A stretch of DNA of 64,000 bases from an uncultured Candidatus Saccharibacteria bacterium (GCA_965230975.1 OZ246402.1:800859-864858), one strand, 5' to 3'; positions 38,301 to 48,623 are shown, counted from the first letter of the stretch. Program-made: numbers and translations. The notes: generated by a model not told the origin, from the sequence alone.

Positions 38301-41300
38301 TGGGTAGAACTAACAGATTTTACATCAGTATCTAACCCATCTTTTTACAATGATGGATATATTAACTTTGTTACGCCAGTAAATTGGGCTACAACACAAG
38401 TTAATGCAGAAGGCACACCTTACTATTATGTTAGGGCTAGAGTAACAAGGTCATTTAGTGTAGCACCAGTAGGCATTCAGTTTACAACAATGCCATTAGT
38501 TTCTTGGGCAACTGCACTCCCGAATACAAATGCTAATAAAGTTGGTGCTATGTGGACTGAAAACTCAGTTTCATCTATGCCTATAAAATTTCAAAATATT
38601 AGCTTGGGTAGCAATTACACTAATTATAACGCTACGCAAACAGATGTTATTCCAACTTTAGGTTATTCAGCTAATGTCACTTCGCTGGGGCCAACAACTA
38701 TGGAAAGCTATGTTAAAACTTCAGATGGAACATACCACTCATTTGTGCAAGCTGGAAACAAGCAATTTTGTAACGATGCATCATCTACAGTAAACAATGT
38801 TGGTTTAATGTGGGTTTATTCTACCAATGGGTCGGATTGGAATTGTGGAGGTCAATTATCCGGTGATGTTACTAATTTTATGTATGCTTCCGCTACAACC
38901 GACTCTGCAGGAAACATTTATGTAGTTTATTCAGTAACCGCAAATGGAGCAAACATCGCATATAGCACTTATTATAGAAAACTAACAAAAGGGGTTGGTG
39001 CAACATGGACAATAGGAAATGCAAGTCAGGTTCTAAATGCTTCTGCAGGTGGTATTGCTTATTCATACTCTGTTATTAAAGCAGAATCAGATTCAAGATT
39101 GTGGTTAGCAACGCGTTACTTTGATGGTACAAACTATCAAATATCTGCTTACTATACTGATACTTTAGTTGATGATCCTACATGGAACCTTTCAACAATG
39201 AGTCTAAGTGTTGCGACTCCAAGCACAACCGATTTCTTTCCATCAATTGTAAAGTTTGGAAACAATATTGGAATAATTTATGCATCCCAATTCCCTGCAT
39301 CTTATCAAATGTGGAGATACAGAAGTAATTCTCAAGACCCTACTGTTTGGTCATCTCAAATGGTAGTTAATACAGAAAACTTATCTGTACCTGCTTATTC
39401 CACAGTGTCTGATAATGCAGGAAATGTTTATACAGTTTCAGTTAATGGTGCTAATGTTGTATTTAACTATTGGAATGGTAACGTTTGGTCACCCTCTGTA
39501 AACTTATCAACAACCGCCTCTACTGCTTATGCAGGTATTATTACAGATGGTTACAACGTTTGGGTTAACTATTTAGATACAACTGGGCTTATCTCATCTG
39601 GACTTGGATTAAGAAAATTTAGCTACAGAAAAGGAATACCTCCTTACACAGCTACAGAGTGGGAGGCTGCTACAAATTTGGTGACTAATCATGGATTTTT
39701 TGATAAATACTGGAGTTACTTTAGCTCTGTTTACTTAAATGACACAACCGATGTTACTTCTGTTGCAACAGCAGATACTCAAATGCTAAGAAATATAGGA
39801 GATATTGCATATTTTGGGAAATTAGAAAAATTTGATGCAGTATCTTGGGTTTTAAGCACAGCAGGTGTTGGGGGGAATGTTGTTTGGGAATACTATAATG
39901 GGAGTGTTTGGGCACCAATAGAGGATTTTGAGCATAACTTGAATCCTAATTTTATTGGTGCAACAACTGGAATTATATCTTTCAGTCCTGCAAGTGATTG
40001 GCAAACGACCACGGTTAACAGCGAACCCACACCTTATTACTATGTTAGAGCAAGGGTAATTGCAAATTACTCAACAACCCCTGTTGCATCACAAATTGTT
40101 ACAATTCCAAACTTAAATAGCTCTGCATTGCTACCTACTTTAGATGGAAACAATATGTCAGGGCTTTGGACAGAAAACTCGGTAGCTCCTATTCGAATAA
40201 GAAAATACGATATTACATTATCTACAGAAACACCTAACACAGCATCTGCATCTGATTTAATGCCTACCTTAAACTCGGCAACTTGGTATTCTTCAACAAA
40301 CCTAACTAATCAATCATCTACTCAAAGAAGTATTGTAAAAACATCTGATGGCACTATCCATTCATTTGTTTACACTGCTAACTCGCCAGCTTGTGGTGGC
40401 AACTCAACAAGCCAGGCAAATTCAGGTGGGTTAGTTTGGATGACCTCAAGTGATGAAGGTGTAACTTGGGATTGTAAATCTACTTTGTGGTCTGACCCGA
40501 CAATGGGGTACTACGCATCTGCAACAGTAGACAGCAACGACAATATTTATGTTGTTTATTCTCAAGCTGCAAATGGTGGGAGTGTTAATTACGATATTTA
40601 TTATAGAATGATTACAAAAACTGGACCTGGGACTTGGAGCATGGAACCTCAACAAATACTACTTGATTCAATTACTGCTAATACTGGGTACACTTATGCA
40701 ACAATAGAGGTAGAAGGTTCTAATAGACTTTGGGTAGCATTTAGAAATTATAATAATCCAAACTATCAAGTCTCTGTATATTATTCTAGCGCACTAACTT
40801 CTGAACCAGTTTGGACACTTTCAAGCTTAGCATTAGAAAGTGCAGGCACATCTACAAGTTACCATTATCCAACCATTGTACGTTATGGAAGTAATATAGG
40901 AGTTATTTATAGCAATGAAATTGGAGGTGTTTCTACCAGATGGAGATCTAGAGCCGACACAGATGGTTTAACAACATGGGGAACAGAAGCAACAATTATG
41001 GCATCTGCTTCAACAGGGCCATTATTTTCTGCAGTTGGTAGTGATGCTGGTGAAATCTATTTAAGTGTTGGCTCTGCTGCAACTGTTTACTTTACATCAT
41101 GGAATGGAAGTTCTTGGTCAAGTAGAGCAACATTATCTTCAACTGCTATTACAAATGGATTTACAAATGTAAGTATGGTTGGAACAACTGCATATGTTTA
41201 CTATACCAATGCAAGTGGTTTGAGTGCCGGATTACCAGGTAATAGAAAATTAGTATATAAAAGAGGTGTTGCCCCATACTTAGATGCAAACTTTGATGTA

Positions 41301-44300
41301 TCAGAAACAAGTATTGTTTCTTACCACTCACTATTTGATAAAGTTTGGAGTTATGTATCTTCAGTTTACGCAAACGAAACTACAGATGCTTCAAATACAA
41401 CAAGTGCAGATACTCAAATGGTAAGCCAAATAGGGGATATTATATATTTAGGTAAAACTTCTAAATTTGATAATATCTCTTGGGACTTATCTACATTGGG
41501 TACAAATGGAATAATAAGATGGGAGTATTATAATGGTGCTTCTTGGAAAGCAATAAATAAATATTTAGGTGTATTAACTCCATCATTCACAGGAGATGGT
41601 GCAATTTCATTTGTTCCGGCTCAAGACTGGGCACAAACAACAATTAACGGAGAGGGAACATCTTATTATTACGTAAGAGGGGTAGTAACAAGAGCATTTA
41701 GCGTTGTACCAATTGGAGTTCAGTTTGCAAGTATTCCATTACTGTCTCAATTTACAAGCATTGCTAAAGCTAACAACATTTACTACTCATGGACAGAAAA
41801 CTCTGCATCTAACTACAGAGTTAGATTTTCAGCATACATATTTAATGTTGCTCCAAACACACCAACCTCATTGGGCGCTAGTGCAGTAGTAGATGGATCT
41901 CCAACAAAAAACAATCAACCCGAATTTATATTTACAACAAGTGATCTTAACTTAGGAGATACTTCAACATATACTATTCAAATTGATAACGATAGCGATT
42001 TTTCATCTCCAGTAGTAGATTACACTTCTGCATTTACATTAAATGGAGTTAGAGGCTTTGCAGTAGGGCAAGCAGTTGGTAGTGGAATTTACACTACAGG
42101 TTCGCAAGGGCAAACATTGACAGACGGAGATTATTACTGGAGAGTTAAAGCAAGTGACTTAGCAGGTTTAGAATCCGGGTTTGCAGTAGCAAACAGCGGA
42201 AGTGTTGCGTTTAAAATAGATACTGCAAACCCGGCAACAAATGCAAGCAGTATTTTAATGTTAAAAACCGCTGGTGGACCTGGAGTTAACTCTAATGGTT
42301 GGACAAATAACGCATCTCCTTATTTTTCTTGGACACCTGGTGTAGATAACGTAGGTGGTTCTGGAATTTTTGGTTATTGTGTTTATTTAGGAACAGATTC
42401 TAATGGTAATCCAGAAACTAGCAAAGGCTTGTTAGGAACATCACCTGCAACTTTGGTAGATTCAACTTGTCAATTTATAACTACAACTACATCAATTGAT
42501 TTTACCAACGCTAACTTAAAAGGTGGAACATGGCTTACAACATCTTCTAGCCCATATTATATAAACATTAAAGCTATAGATATTGTTGGTAATATATATA
42601 CAACTTCAAGTGCGCAATTTCAGTTTAGGTTTGATAACGTTGCACCAACTAACGTAGCTTTCATAAGCACCGCTGGTGGAACATTTAATAATGTAGCAGA
42701 TATGAGCTTTTCGTGGCCAACAGCAGGTTTAAACACATCATCAGATGCAACATCTGGAGTATTGGGTTGGCAATATGCAATTAATATAACAAGTGGTAGT
42801 TGGCAAGGCACAACAGATAGTACAGAACTAGACGAGAGATATATACCAACAAGTGATAGCAATTACAGCTTAACAAATGTTCAAGATGCAGGTTCTATTG
42901 TGACTGGTAGCAATACAATTTACTTTAGAACAATTGACCAGGCGGGGAATTATTCATCTGAGGGCACAGTTAGAACAGGTGTATTGCAGTTTGGTGGAGC
43001 TGCACCAATGTTCCCACCACTTTCTCAAGTAACAGTAACACCATCCGTGGGAGTATCAAATAATTACGAATTATCTTGGCCAGAAGCAATGTCTGGATCT
43101 GGTGGAGATATTTCAAATTATTACTATATGATAAATATAACGCCACCAACGGTTTTAAGTACTATAACAACAAACCCTGCAACATTTATAAACAACAACT
43201 TAAGTTTAGGAGTTACTGCAAGATCTTTACCAAACGTAAATAGAGGAACGAATACCGTATATGTTGTAGCAGTAGACGAAGATGGACATTATTCACCATC
43301 TAATTATATTACCGGAACATTTGAATTGAATTCAACAGAGCCGGACAATCCAACACAACTTACAGCATCAGATGCATCTATAAAATCTGAAAACAGATGG
43401 ATGGTTACATTAACATGGATTAAACCAGCATACGAAGGTGCAGGAAACTTAACATACTTGGTACATAGATCTTTAGATGGAGTAAGCTTTAGCTTGGTAG
43501 GTACAACTACAAGTTTGTCTTATGTAGATAACCCAGATGAAAGTAGACTATATTATTACAAAGTTTATGCAAAAGATGGAGCTAACCAAACATCGTCCGG
43601 TACAAATGCTGTTTCTGAAACGCCAACAGGTCGGTGGACAGTACCTCCTACACTAGACAATGAGCCAGAAGTTACAAATATTACTACTAAGAAAGCAAAA
43701 ATATCTTGGACAACATCAAGAAAAGCAGATTCTAAAGTAGCTTATGGTACAGAAAGTGGAGTTTACTTCCCGGTTGAACCTAGTACATCTGATTTAACCC
43801 CGGCACACGAAATAAATTTAAATGGTTTACAACCAAGTACTCAATACTATTATATTGCAAGATGGACAGACGAAGATGGTAATACAGGTTCGTCAACAGA
43901 ATATAGCTTTGTAACACAACCTGCCCCAAGTGTTAAAGATGTAGTTGCAAGTAACGTTGGTTTAACATCTGCTATATTAAGATACACAACCTTAGGTGCA
44001 AGCAAAGTAAGGATATTTTATGGAACAACAACATCTTTTGGAGGTTTGAAAGAGGTTTCTACTTCTACTAGCGAAACAGTTCAAACTACAGAAATAACAG
44101 GATTGTTAGATGGTACAAAATACTATTATAGAATAGATACTTTAGATGAAGAATCAGCTCAATACGAAGGAACAATTTTAGACTTTACAACACTACCTAG
44201 ACCAAAAATTAATAATGTTAGAGTACAGCAAGTTAGAAATACCGCACAGTCAACTGTTTTAATAAGCTGGCAAACAAATACGGAAGTATCTTCTATAGTT

Positions 44301-44876
44301 ACATACTATCCGGAAAATCAACCAGGACTTTCTACAGATGAAGTAAATGTCACCTTAACAAAAGGGGATCACAGTATGATAATTAGAGGTTTGCTACCTC
44401 AAACAAATTACAATATTATAGTTAAGGGAAGAGACAGAATGGGAAACGAAGCAGTATCTGATGTTCAAAGATTAACAACTGCAACAGATACTAGACCGCC
44501 GGTATTAAGCAACATTAAAATTGAAGGCGCAATTTCAAAGTTATCAAGTAGTTCTGATAATACTCAAGTTGCTCAAATAGTGGTTAGTTGGAATACCGAT
44601 GAGCCAGCTACATCTCAAGTTGAGTTTGGAGAAGGCACAGGTACAACTTATTCTCAAAGAACACAAGAAGATACTAATTTAACAGTAAATCATTTGGTGG
44701 TAATAACAGGTCTTACACCTTCAAAGGTTTACCACTTAAGAATACTAGCTAAAGATAAAGCAGAGAATTTAGGTAGATCTGTAGATACAGTTACAATTAC
44801 GCCAAAAGGAACGGATAATGCATTGGATTTGGTTTTATCTAGTTTGCAACAAACCTTTGGATTTTTAAATAATTAA
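35313..44876 (+). CDS. giant surface protein: signal anchor, four ~536-aa BNR/Asp-box-containing tandem repeats, C-terminal Ig/Fn3-like domain series
   Basis: I prefer the ATG at 35313 over TTG 35268. The repeat landmark TSDGT starts at 35502, 37110, 38718 and 40341. Each repeat has an Asp-box SxDxGxxW (YSTDNGTNW and variants). Four clear Fn3-like units fall after ~43620. Confidence 0.85.
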   Translation: MLSVKHSFLTSYKNNKNRFHVIIGLVLVLSIAGLVYAATSTNNIATSSTNTATTVSTLRRVVRTSDGTLHAFVQLGTETMTCGGTPTNGLLWTYSTDNGTNWTCGGQVSNNVSILFHASAVVDSSDNIYIVYSPTNSGANSTYDAYYRKLTKGSGSTWTLENAQTVLDASASTGFNYATIEIEGTDRLWVAARRFDGTNYQISTYYSDGLTTNPTWETSENVLSVAGNSASYHIPAMFRFGNKIGIVYNSQLPTAVMRWRFREDGESLTKWASETIINTLTATGPTFSVISDSNANAYFALSSTTNVFFNYWNGSVWSQNAIVSTTALSNSYVSLTTNGSSVKVIYGESTNLAAGITGLGIYKLSYKNGYLPFSSSEFDVTASPVVSYQTTFDKYWSYNGTTYTNDTTDVANATSADTQMTSGIGSIAYFGKLEKFDSIAWDISTSGVTGTIVWEYWNGSSWTALTLRNSSSPNFTADGWINFVDPANWATTQVNAEGTPYYYVRARTSVAFTTQPVGVQILPITGVFGANFIQNSVSGSSYGIWTENTASRFVIKQGSLSYPAVTVNNATNTNAVNNLIGYSTLATATHPSTMKNILQTSDGTFHAFIQAGNNVACNDTTYNGGLVWTYSTDEGVNWDCGAELMSEIVNVSYASAVKDSSDNIYVVYSTLNNAGGVTNDTYYTKLTKGVGSTWSVGTPDLVLDASGTTAYTYSTVEIENNTRLWLATRYFDGVYYQINTYYSSDLSGAPNWSVSKAPLTALTATSTYLYPAIVRFGSNIGVAYNAQTNNQRWRVRSDSDPLSSWGTENIVSTEAVASPRFSIISDGSDNVYYGSLVTCSIYTTFWNGRTWAPTTTVINNNCTQVASGTYFSLSTDGTNLRLFYGEPLSTSTGIPQHRLVYRTGVPPYSANSFDLTATQVNTMHSTFTKYWSYVSSVYLNDTTDAASVTSADTQMLTNAGDIAFFGSSSKFDTVAWDVSTLGTVGSVIWEYWNGSAWVELTDFTSVSNPSFYNDGYINFVTPVNWATTQVNAEGTPYYYVRARVTRSFSVAPVGIQFTTMPLVSWATALPNTNANKVGAMWTENSVSSMPIKFQNISLGSNYTNYNATQTDVIPTLGYSANVTSLGPTTMESYVKTSDGTYHSFVQAGNKQFCNDASSTVNNVGLMWVYSTNGSDWNCGGQLSGDVTNFMYASATTDSAGNIYVVYSVTANGANIAYSTYYRKLTKGVGATWTIGNASQVLNASAGGIAYSYSVIKAESDSRLWLATRYFDGTNYQISAYYTDTLVDDPTWNLSTMSLSVATPSTTDFFPSIVKFGNNIGIIYASQFPASYQMWRYRSNSQDPTVWSSQMVVNTENLSVPAYSTVSDNAGNVYTVSVNGANVVFNYWNGNVWSPSVNLSTTASTAYAGIITDGYNVWVNYLDTTGLISSGLGLRKFSYRKGIPPYTATEWEAATNLVTNHGFFDKYWSYFSSVYLNDTTDVTSVATADTQMLRNIGDIAYFGKLEKFDAVSWVLSTAGVGGNVVWEYYNGSVWAPIEDFEHNLNPNFIGATTGIISFSPASDWQTTTVNSEPTPYYYVRARVIANYSTTPVASQIVTIPNLNSSALLPTLDGNNMSGLWTENSVAPIRIRKYDITLSTETPNTASASDLMPTLNSATWYSSTNLTNQSSTQRSIVKTSDGTIHSFVYTANSPACGGNSTSQANSGGLVWMTSSDEGVTWDCKSTLWSDPTMGYYASATVDSNDNIYVVYSQAANGGSVNYDIYYRMITKTGPGTWSMEPQQILLDSITANTGYTYATIEVEGSNRLWVAFRNYNNPNYQVSVYYSSALTSEPVWTLSSLALESAGTSTSYHYPTIVRYGSNIGVIYSNEIGGVSTRWRSRADTDGLTTWGTEATIMASASTGPLFSAVGSDAGEIYLSVGSAATVYFTSWNGSSWSSRATLSSTAITNGFTNVSMVGTTAYVYYTNASGLSAGLPGNRKLVYKRGVAPYLDANFDVSETSIVSYHSLFDKVWSYVSSVYANETTDASNTTSADTQMVSQIGDIIYLGKTSKFDNISWDLSTLGTNGIIRWEYYNGASWKAINKYLGVLTPSFTGDGAISFVPAQDWAQTTINGEGTSYYYVRGVVTRAFSVVPIGVQFASIPLLSQFTSIAKANNIYYSWTENSASNYRVRFSAYIFNVAPNTPTSLGASAVVDGSPTKNNQPEFIFTTSDLNLGDTSTYTIQIDNDSDFSSPVVDYTSAFTLNGVRGFAVGQAVGSGIYTTGSQGQTLTDGDYYWRVKASDLAGLESGFAVANSGSVAFKIDTANPATNASSILMLKTAGGPGVNSNGWTNNASPYFSWTPGVDNVGGSGIFGYCVYLGTDSNGNPETSKGLLGTSPATLVDSTCQFITTTTSIDFTNANLKGGTWLTTSSSPYYINIKAIDIVGNIYTTSSAQFQFRFDNVAPTNVAFISTAGGTFNNVADMSFSWPTAGLNTSSDATSGVLGWQYAINITSGSWQGTTDSTELDERYIPTSDSNYSLTNVQDAGSIVTGSNTIYFRTIDQAGNYSSEGTVRTGVLQFGGAAPMFPPLSQVTVTPSVGVSNNYELSWPEAMSGSGGDISNYYYMINITPPTVLSTITTNPATFINNNLSLGVTARSLPNVNRGTNTVYVVAVDEDGHYSPSNYITGTFELNSTEPDNPTQLTASDASIKSENRWMVTLTWIKPAYEGAGNLTYLVHRSLDGVSFSLVGTTTSLSYVDNPDESRLYYYKVYAKDGANQTSSGTNAVSETPTGRWTVPPTLDNEPEVTNITTKKAKISWTTSRKADSKVAYGTESGVYFPVEPSTSDLTPAHEINLNGLQPSTQYYYIARWTDEDGNTGSSTEYSFVTQPAPSVKDVVASNVGLTSAILRYTTLGASKVRIFYGTTTSFGGLKEVSTSTSETVQTTEITGLLDGTKYYYRIDTLDEESAQYEGTILDFTTLPRPKINNVRVQQVRNTAQSTVLISWQTNTEVSSIVTYYPENQPGLSTDEVNVTLTKGDHSMIIRGLLPQTNYNIIVKGRDRMGNEAVSDVQRLTTATDTRPPVLSNIKIEGAISKLSSSSDNTQVAQIVVSWNTDEPATSQVEFGEGTGTTYSQRTQEDTNLTVNHLVVITGLTPSKVYHLRILAKDKAENLGRSVDTVTITPKGTDNALDLVLSSLQQTFGFLNN

Positions 44877-44877
44877 A

Positions 44878-47838
44878 ATGGGTGACCCAATAATAAAAAT
44901 ACAAAACATTAATAAAGTATTCACAGTTGGTGATCAAGATTTGCATATTTTAAAAGATATATCTGTAGATATTGAGAGAGACGATTTCGCAATCATTTTG
45001 GGGCCATCAGGATGCGGAAAATCCACTTTATTACATACAATTATTGGATTAGAAGAGCCTACATCTGGTAGTTTAATATTTAGTGGGGTAGATATTTACA
45101 AAGGTAAAACTGATGATGATAGAAGTGTTTTTAGAAAAACACATATTGGAATGATTTACCAACAACCAAACTGGGTTAAAGCCCTACATGTTTTAGATAA
45201 TGTAGCGTTACCTTTAGAAATGCTTGGAGAAGATAAAGAATCTGCCAGAAAAAAAGCATTGTCTGCATTAGGATCTGTATCTATGGATGAGTGGGCATAT
45301 CACTTACCAACATCTCTATCTTCTGGTCAACAACAAAGAATTGCACTTGCCCGGGCTTTAATTACAGACCCAGAAGTAATAATTGCAGATGAGCCAACAG
45401 GAAACCTTGACTACGAAGCTGGACAAGCATTAATGAATCTTTTAAAGATTTACAACACTCACTTTAAGAAAACAGTATTAATGGTAACTCACGACTTGGA
45501 ATACCTATCTTTTGCCAAAACTGCCATTAAACTTTTTGATGGTAAATTAGTTGGTGTTTATCAAGATGGAGATAAAGATGAACTGCAACATAATACTAAG
45601 ACTAAAAAACTACCTGAAATGGCACTACCAGATATTGCAGTAAATACTGCAGCTATTGCTAAGGCTCAAGATGAAAAATCACAAGCAAATGGTGTTGGGA
45701 AACTTAACTCAAGTAAAGTTGGACAGGATGACAAGCAAGATTTAGCAGACTTTAATAAAGGTTTCTTTCAAAAGCAATCTTTAGAAAAAGTTGCTACAAG
45801 TGGACCTAAAATTAAGCCAAAAACTCCTTTAGCACAAAAGATTATAAGGATTATAAAAAACATACCTTCTAATATAAAAGGTGCCTTAATACTTAGTAAA
45901 CAGATCTTTGTAATAGTATTACTTTTAACTATTTACTTAATAAAGCTAATCATAGCTACAGTAGTAAAAAGATTAATTCCAGGTTTCATTATAAATGTTA
46001 TTGGAAAGCCATTAATGCAAATAGATCTATTAGTAACAAAATGGATTGATCCAAGCTTTTCAAAAACAATTCCGAAAATTGAATTAATAAGTATTGCAGT
46101 TAAGAACATGCTTGCAAAAAAAACTCGAACTGCAGTTACAATTGGTGGTATGGCTGTAGGTATTGCTGCAATTGTATTTTTGGTTTCACTGGGTTATGGA
46201 TTACAAGATGTAGTAATTAGTAGAGTAGCCCGGTTAGACGAGATGAAACAAGCAGACATATCTCCTCAAACAGGAGGTAATGTAAGTTTAAATGACGAAA
46301 CAATTGCTAACTTTTCTAGAATACCTAACGTATCAATGTTAATGCCGTTAATTTCCGTGGTAGGAAAAATCTCTTACCAAAACTCTGTTACAGATGTTGC
46401 AACATATGGTGTTACATCTGATTATTTAAAACAGTCTGCTGTAAAACCATCTTTCGGAACAATCTTTGAAAGCAATGAAACAGTTGTAAGTGTTAATAAA
46501 AGTGATTTAGTTGATCAAGGCAAGGTTGCAGGACTAAGTACAGAAAATGCAATTGTAAAAGTTGGTGAAAAAATTTCAGATGTTACGTTTAACATAACAA
46601 CTAATGTTTGGGCAACAGTACGCTCTGGCCCTGACTTAAAATCAGAGATTTTAGGTTTTACTAAAAGAGTAGAGGGTAATTTAACAGGCGAAGAGGTTTG
46701 GGGAGTAGAAGACAATTGGGTTAGAACAAAATATTCATTATGGAAAGAACAATCATGCTCAACTATTTATAATTTAGACTGCGCAGATGGGAAGTATTTA
46801 AAAATAAAAGACTCTCTTGGAACTCAAATACAGCAAAGTGGATATGTTTATAATGCTGATTTACAAATTTCTAATCGAAAATTAAAACCAGATAATTCAA
46901 CCGCCAATGTGTTGGGGCTATCAACAGATAGCAATGTCAAAGTTAATGGTCAAGTATTAGGTGTTTCAGATGAGCAATGGGTAGAACTACCATCCGAATC
47001 TTCAACTTCATCTTTGGAGCAAGTTACAACCATAGAGCTTTCACCTCTTGCAAAAAAAGAAGCTGTTGTAAATGTAGCAATGCTTAAAGTACTGGGAATT
47101 GAACCAAGCGAAGCAGTTGGGAAATCTTTTGCAGTATCTTATGTAGTAGTTGGTAATTTATTAAATCAAGATAACGAAAAAGTCGAATCTGCAATTTCAG
47201 ATTACAAGATTATTGGTGTTGTTCCAGAAGATAAAACTCCTTACTTTTATGTACCATTTATTGATTTAAGATCTTTAGGTATTGCTAGTTATTCTCAGTT
47301 AAAATTAGTTGTTAATGACTCTGCAAATTTAGCTGGTGTTAGAAACCAAGTAGAGAGCTTAGGTTATAATACTGTCTCTGTTTCCGATACAGTGGCTCAA
47401 ATAGAATCCTTATTTTCAACATTAAGAACGTTACTCGCATTGGTAGGGTCTGTTGCATTAGCTGTTGCATCTTTAGGAATGTTTAATACATTAACGGTAT
47501 CTTTATTAGAAAGAACTAGAGAGGTAGGGTTTTTAAGAGCTATAGGTATGACATCTTCAGAAGTTCAAGAGCTATTCTTAACAGAGTCCTTAACAATGAT
47601 GTTCTTTGGTGGGTTTGGTGGAATTTTTGCAGGGTTAGTATTTGGGAAACTAGCTAGTTTAATAGTTTCTTTGATAGCCGCCAGAGATAATGCTGGATTC
47701 TTAGATATATCAAGACTGCCTTTATCATTCTTATTAATAGTATCTGCCTTAGCATTATTGGTTGGTATTGCAACTGGAATTTACCCAGCAAGAAGAGCAA
47801 AAAAGATATCTGCACTAAATGCCTTAAGATACGAATAA
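44878..47838 (+). CDS. fused MacB-type ABC exporter (ATPase + FtsX permease) with enlarged extracytoplasmic domain
   Basis: Walker A GPSGCGKST, signature LSSGQQQR, Walker B IADEPTGNLD. This is followed by a TM helix and a ~430-aa external region including an SH3b-like stretch (WATVRSGPDLKSEILGF...WVRTKY). The FtsX C-terminus ends ALNALRYE. The ATG lies 1 nt after the giant gene's stop. Confidence 0.85.
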   Translation: MGDPIIKIQNINKVFTVGDQDLHILKDISVDIERDDFAIILGPSGCGKSTLLHTIIGLEEPTSGSLIFSGVDIYKGKTDDDRSVFRKTHIGMIYQQPNWVKALHVLDNVALPLEMLGEDKESARKKALSALGSVSMDEWAYHLPTSLSSGQQQRIALARALITDPEVIIADEPTGNLDYEAGQALMNLLKIYNTHFKKTVLMVTHDLEYLSFAKTAIKLFDGKLVGVYQDGDKDELQHNTKTKKLPEMALPDIAVNTAAIAKAQDEKSQANGVGKLNSSKVGQDDKQDLADFNKGFFQKQSLEKVATSGPKIKPKTPLAQKIIRIIKNIPSNIKGALILSKQIFVIVLLLTIYLIKLIIATVVKRLIPGFIINVIGKPLMQIDLLVTKWIDPSFSKTIPKIELISIAVKNMLAKKTRTAVTIGGMAVGIAAIVFLVSLGYGLQDVVISRVARLDEMKQADISPQTGGNVSLNDETIANFSRIPNVSMLMPLISVVGKISYQNSVTDVATYGVTSDYLKQSAVKPSFGTIFESNETVVSVNKSDLVDQGKVAGLSTENAIVKVGEKISDVTFNITTNVWATVRSGPDLKSEILGFTKRVEGNLTGEEVWGVEDNWVRTKYSLWKEQSCSTIYNLDCADGKYLKIKDSLGTQIQQSGYVYNADLQISNRKLKPDNSTANVLGLSTDSNVKVNGQVLGVSDEQWVELPSESSTSSLEQVTTIELSPLAKKEAVVNVAMLKVLGIEPSEAVGKSFAVSYVVVGNLLNQDNEKVESAISDYKIIGVVPEDKTPYFYVPFIDLRSLGIASYSQLKLVVNDSANLAGVRNQVESLGYNTVSVSDTVAQIESLFSTLRTLLALVGSVALAVASLGMFNTLTVSLLERTREVGFLRAIGMTSSEVQELFLTESLTMMFFGGFGGIFAGLVFGKLASLIVSLIAARDNAGFLDISRLPLSFLLIVSALALLVGIATGIYPARRAKKISALNALRYE

Positions 47839-47843
47839 TATTT

Positions 47844-48557
47844 TTACTTAAATGAATTTTCTATAGCATTAGAAATTAATGTATTTATCTTTTCTATTTG
47901 GCTAACAGCTACTTTTCTATGCATATAAACTCCTTTAAAATCTTTAACTTCATAAGTATCTATTATTGTTTTTACAGTAGAAGAATAATCTGAAAATATT
48001 AAGTTTACCAAATCAACAGAAAAATTTGAGTTTAAAGAGTTATAAAAGCTAGCAAGTTTTGCCGGGAAAGAGGTTATTTTGCTTAATTGTTCTCTAACCT
48101 TATTTGTATCTCCACTTTTTTTAGCATTTGTATAATCAATAAAAGTTTTAATATAGTCATTCCATATATTTGAAAATTGAATTTTTTGTTCTTCTGTATA
48201 GTATTTTGCAAAATATAAAGAAAGCTTTTGCGTATTGGTATTTAATGATTCTTGAATTGCATCTTTTTCTAAAGTATCAAAATATACAGCATTAATATAG
48301 TTAAATAACAAGTTTGTTTGATCTATACCATCAATAATAAAAGTTTTATCTGTAACATTTGCTACACTTAATTCTTGTTGATAACTAGTTAATAACTCAT
48401 TAACATAAAGCTGTTTTTTAACTTCTGAAACTATTAATATTGTTAAAATAGATACAACTATCAGCGAAATAAATATTAAAACTTGTTTCTTTTTTATATT
48501 TTTGAACCATGCTTGCAATGGATTTTTTAAATCTTTTGAAGATCTTTTTATTGTCAT
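47844..48557 (-). CDS. membrane-anchored hypothetical protein
   Basis: I prefer the ATG at 48557 over TTG 48578. One TM helix (VLIFISLIVVSILTILIV), then a helical domain. Confidence 0.5.
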   Translation of the reverse strand: MTIKRSSKDLKNPLQAWFKNIKKKQVLIFISLIVVSILTILIVSEVKKQLYVNELLTSYQQELSVANVTDKTFIIDGIDQTNLLFNYINAVYFDTLEKDAIQESLNTNTQKLSLYFAKYYTEEQKIQFSNIWNDYIKTFIDYTNAKKSGDTNKVREQLSKITSFPAKLASFYNSLNSNFSVDLVNLIFSDYSSTVKTIIDTYEVKDFKGVYMHRKVAVSQIEKINTLISNAIENSFK

Positions 48558-48623
48558 AATTAATAATAGTAAATACAAAACTAAGTATATTAGTTTTTAC
48601 TATTTATGACAAATTTGATTTGA

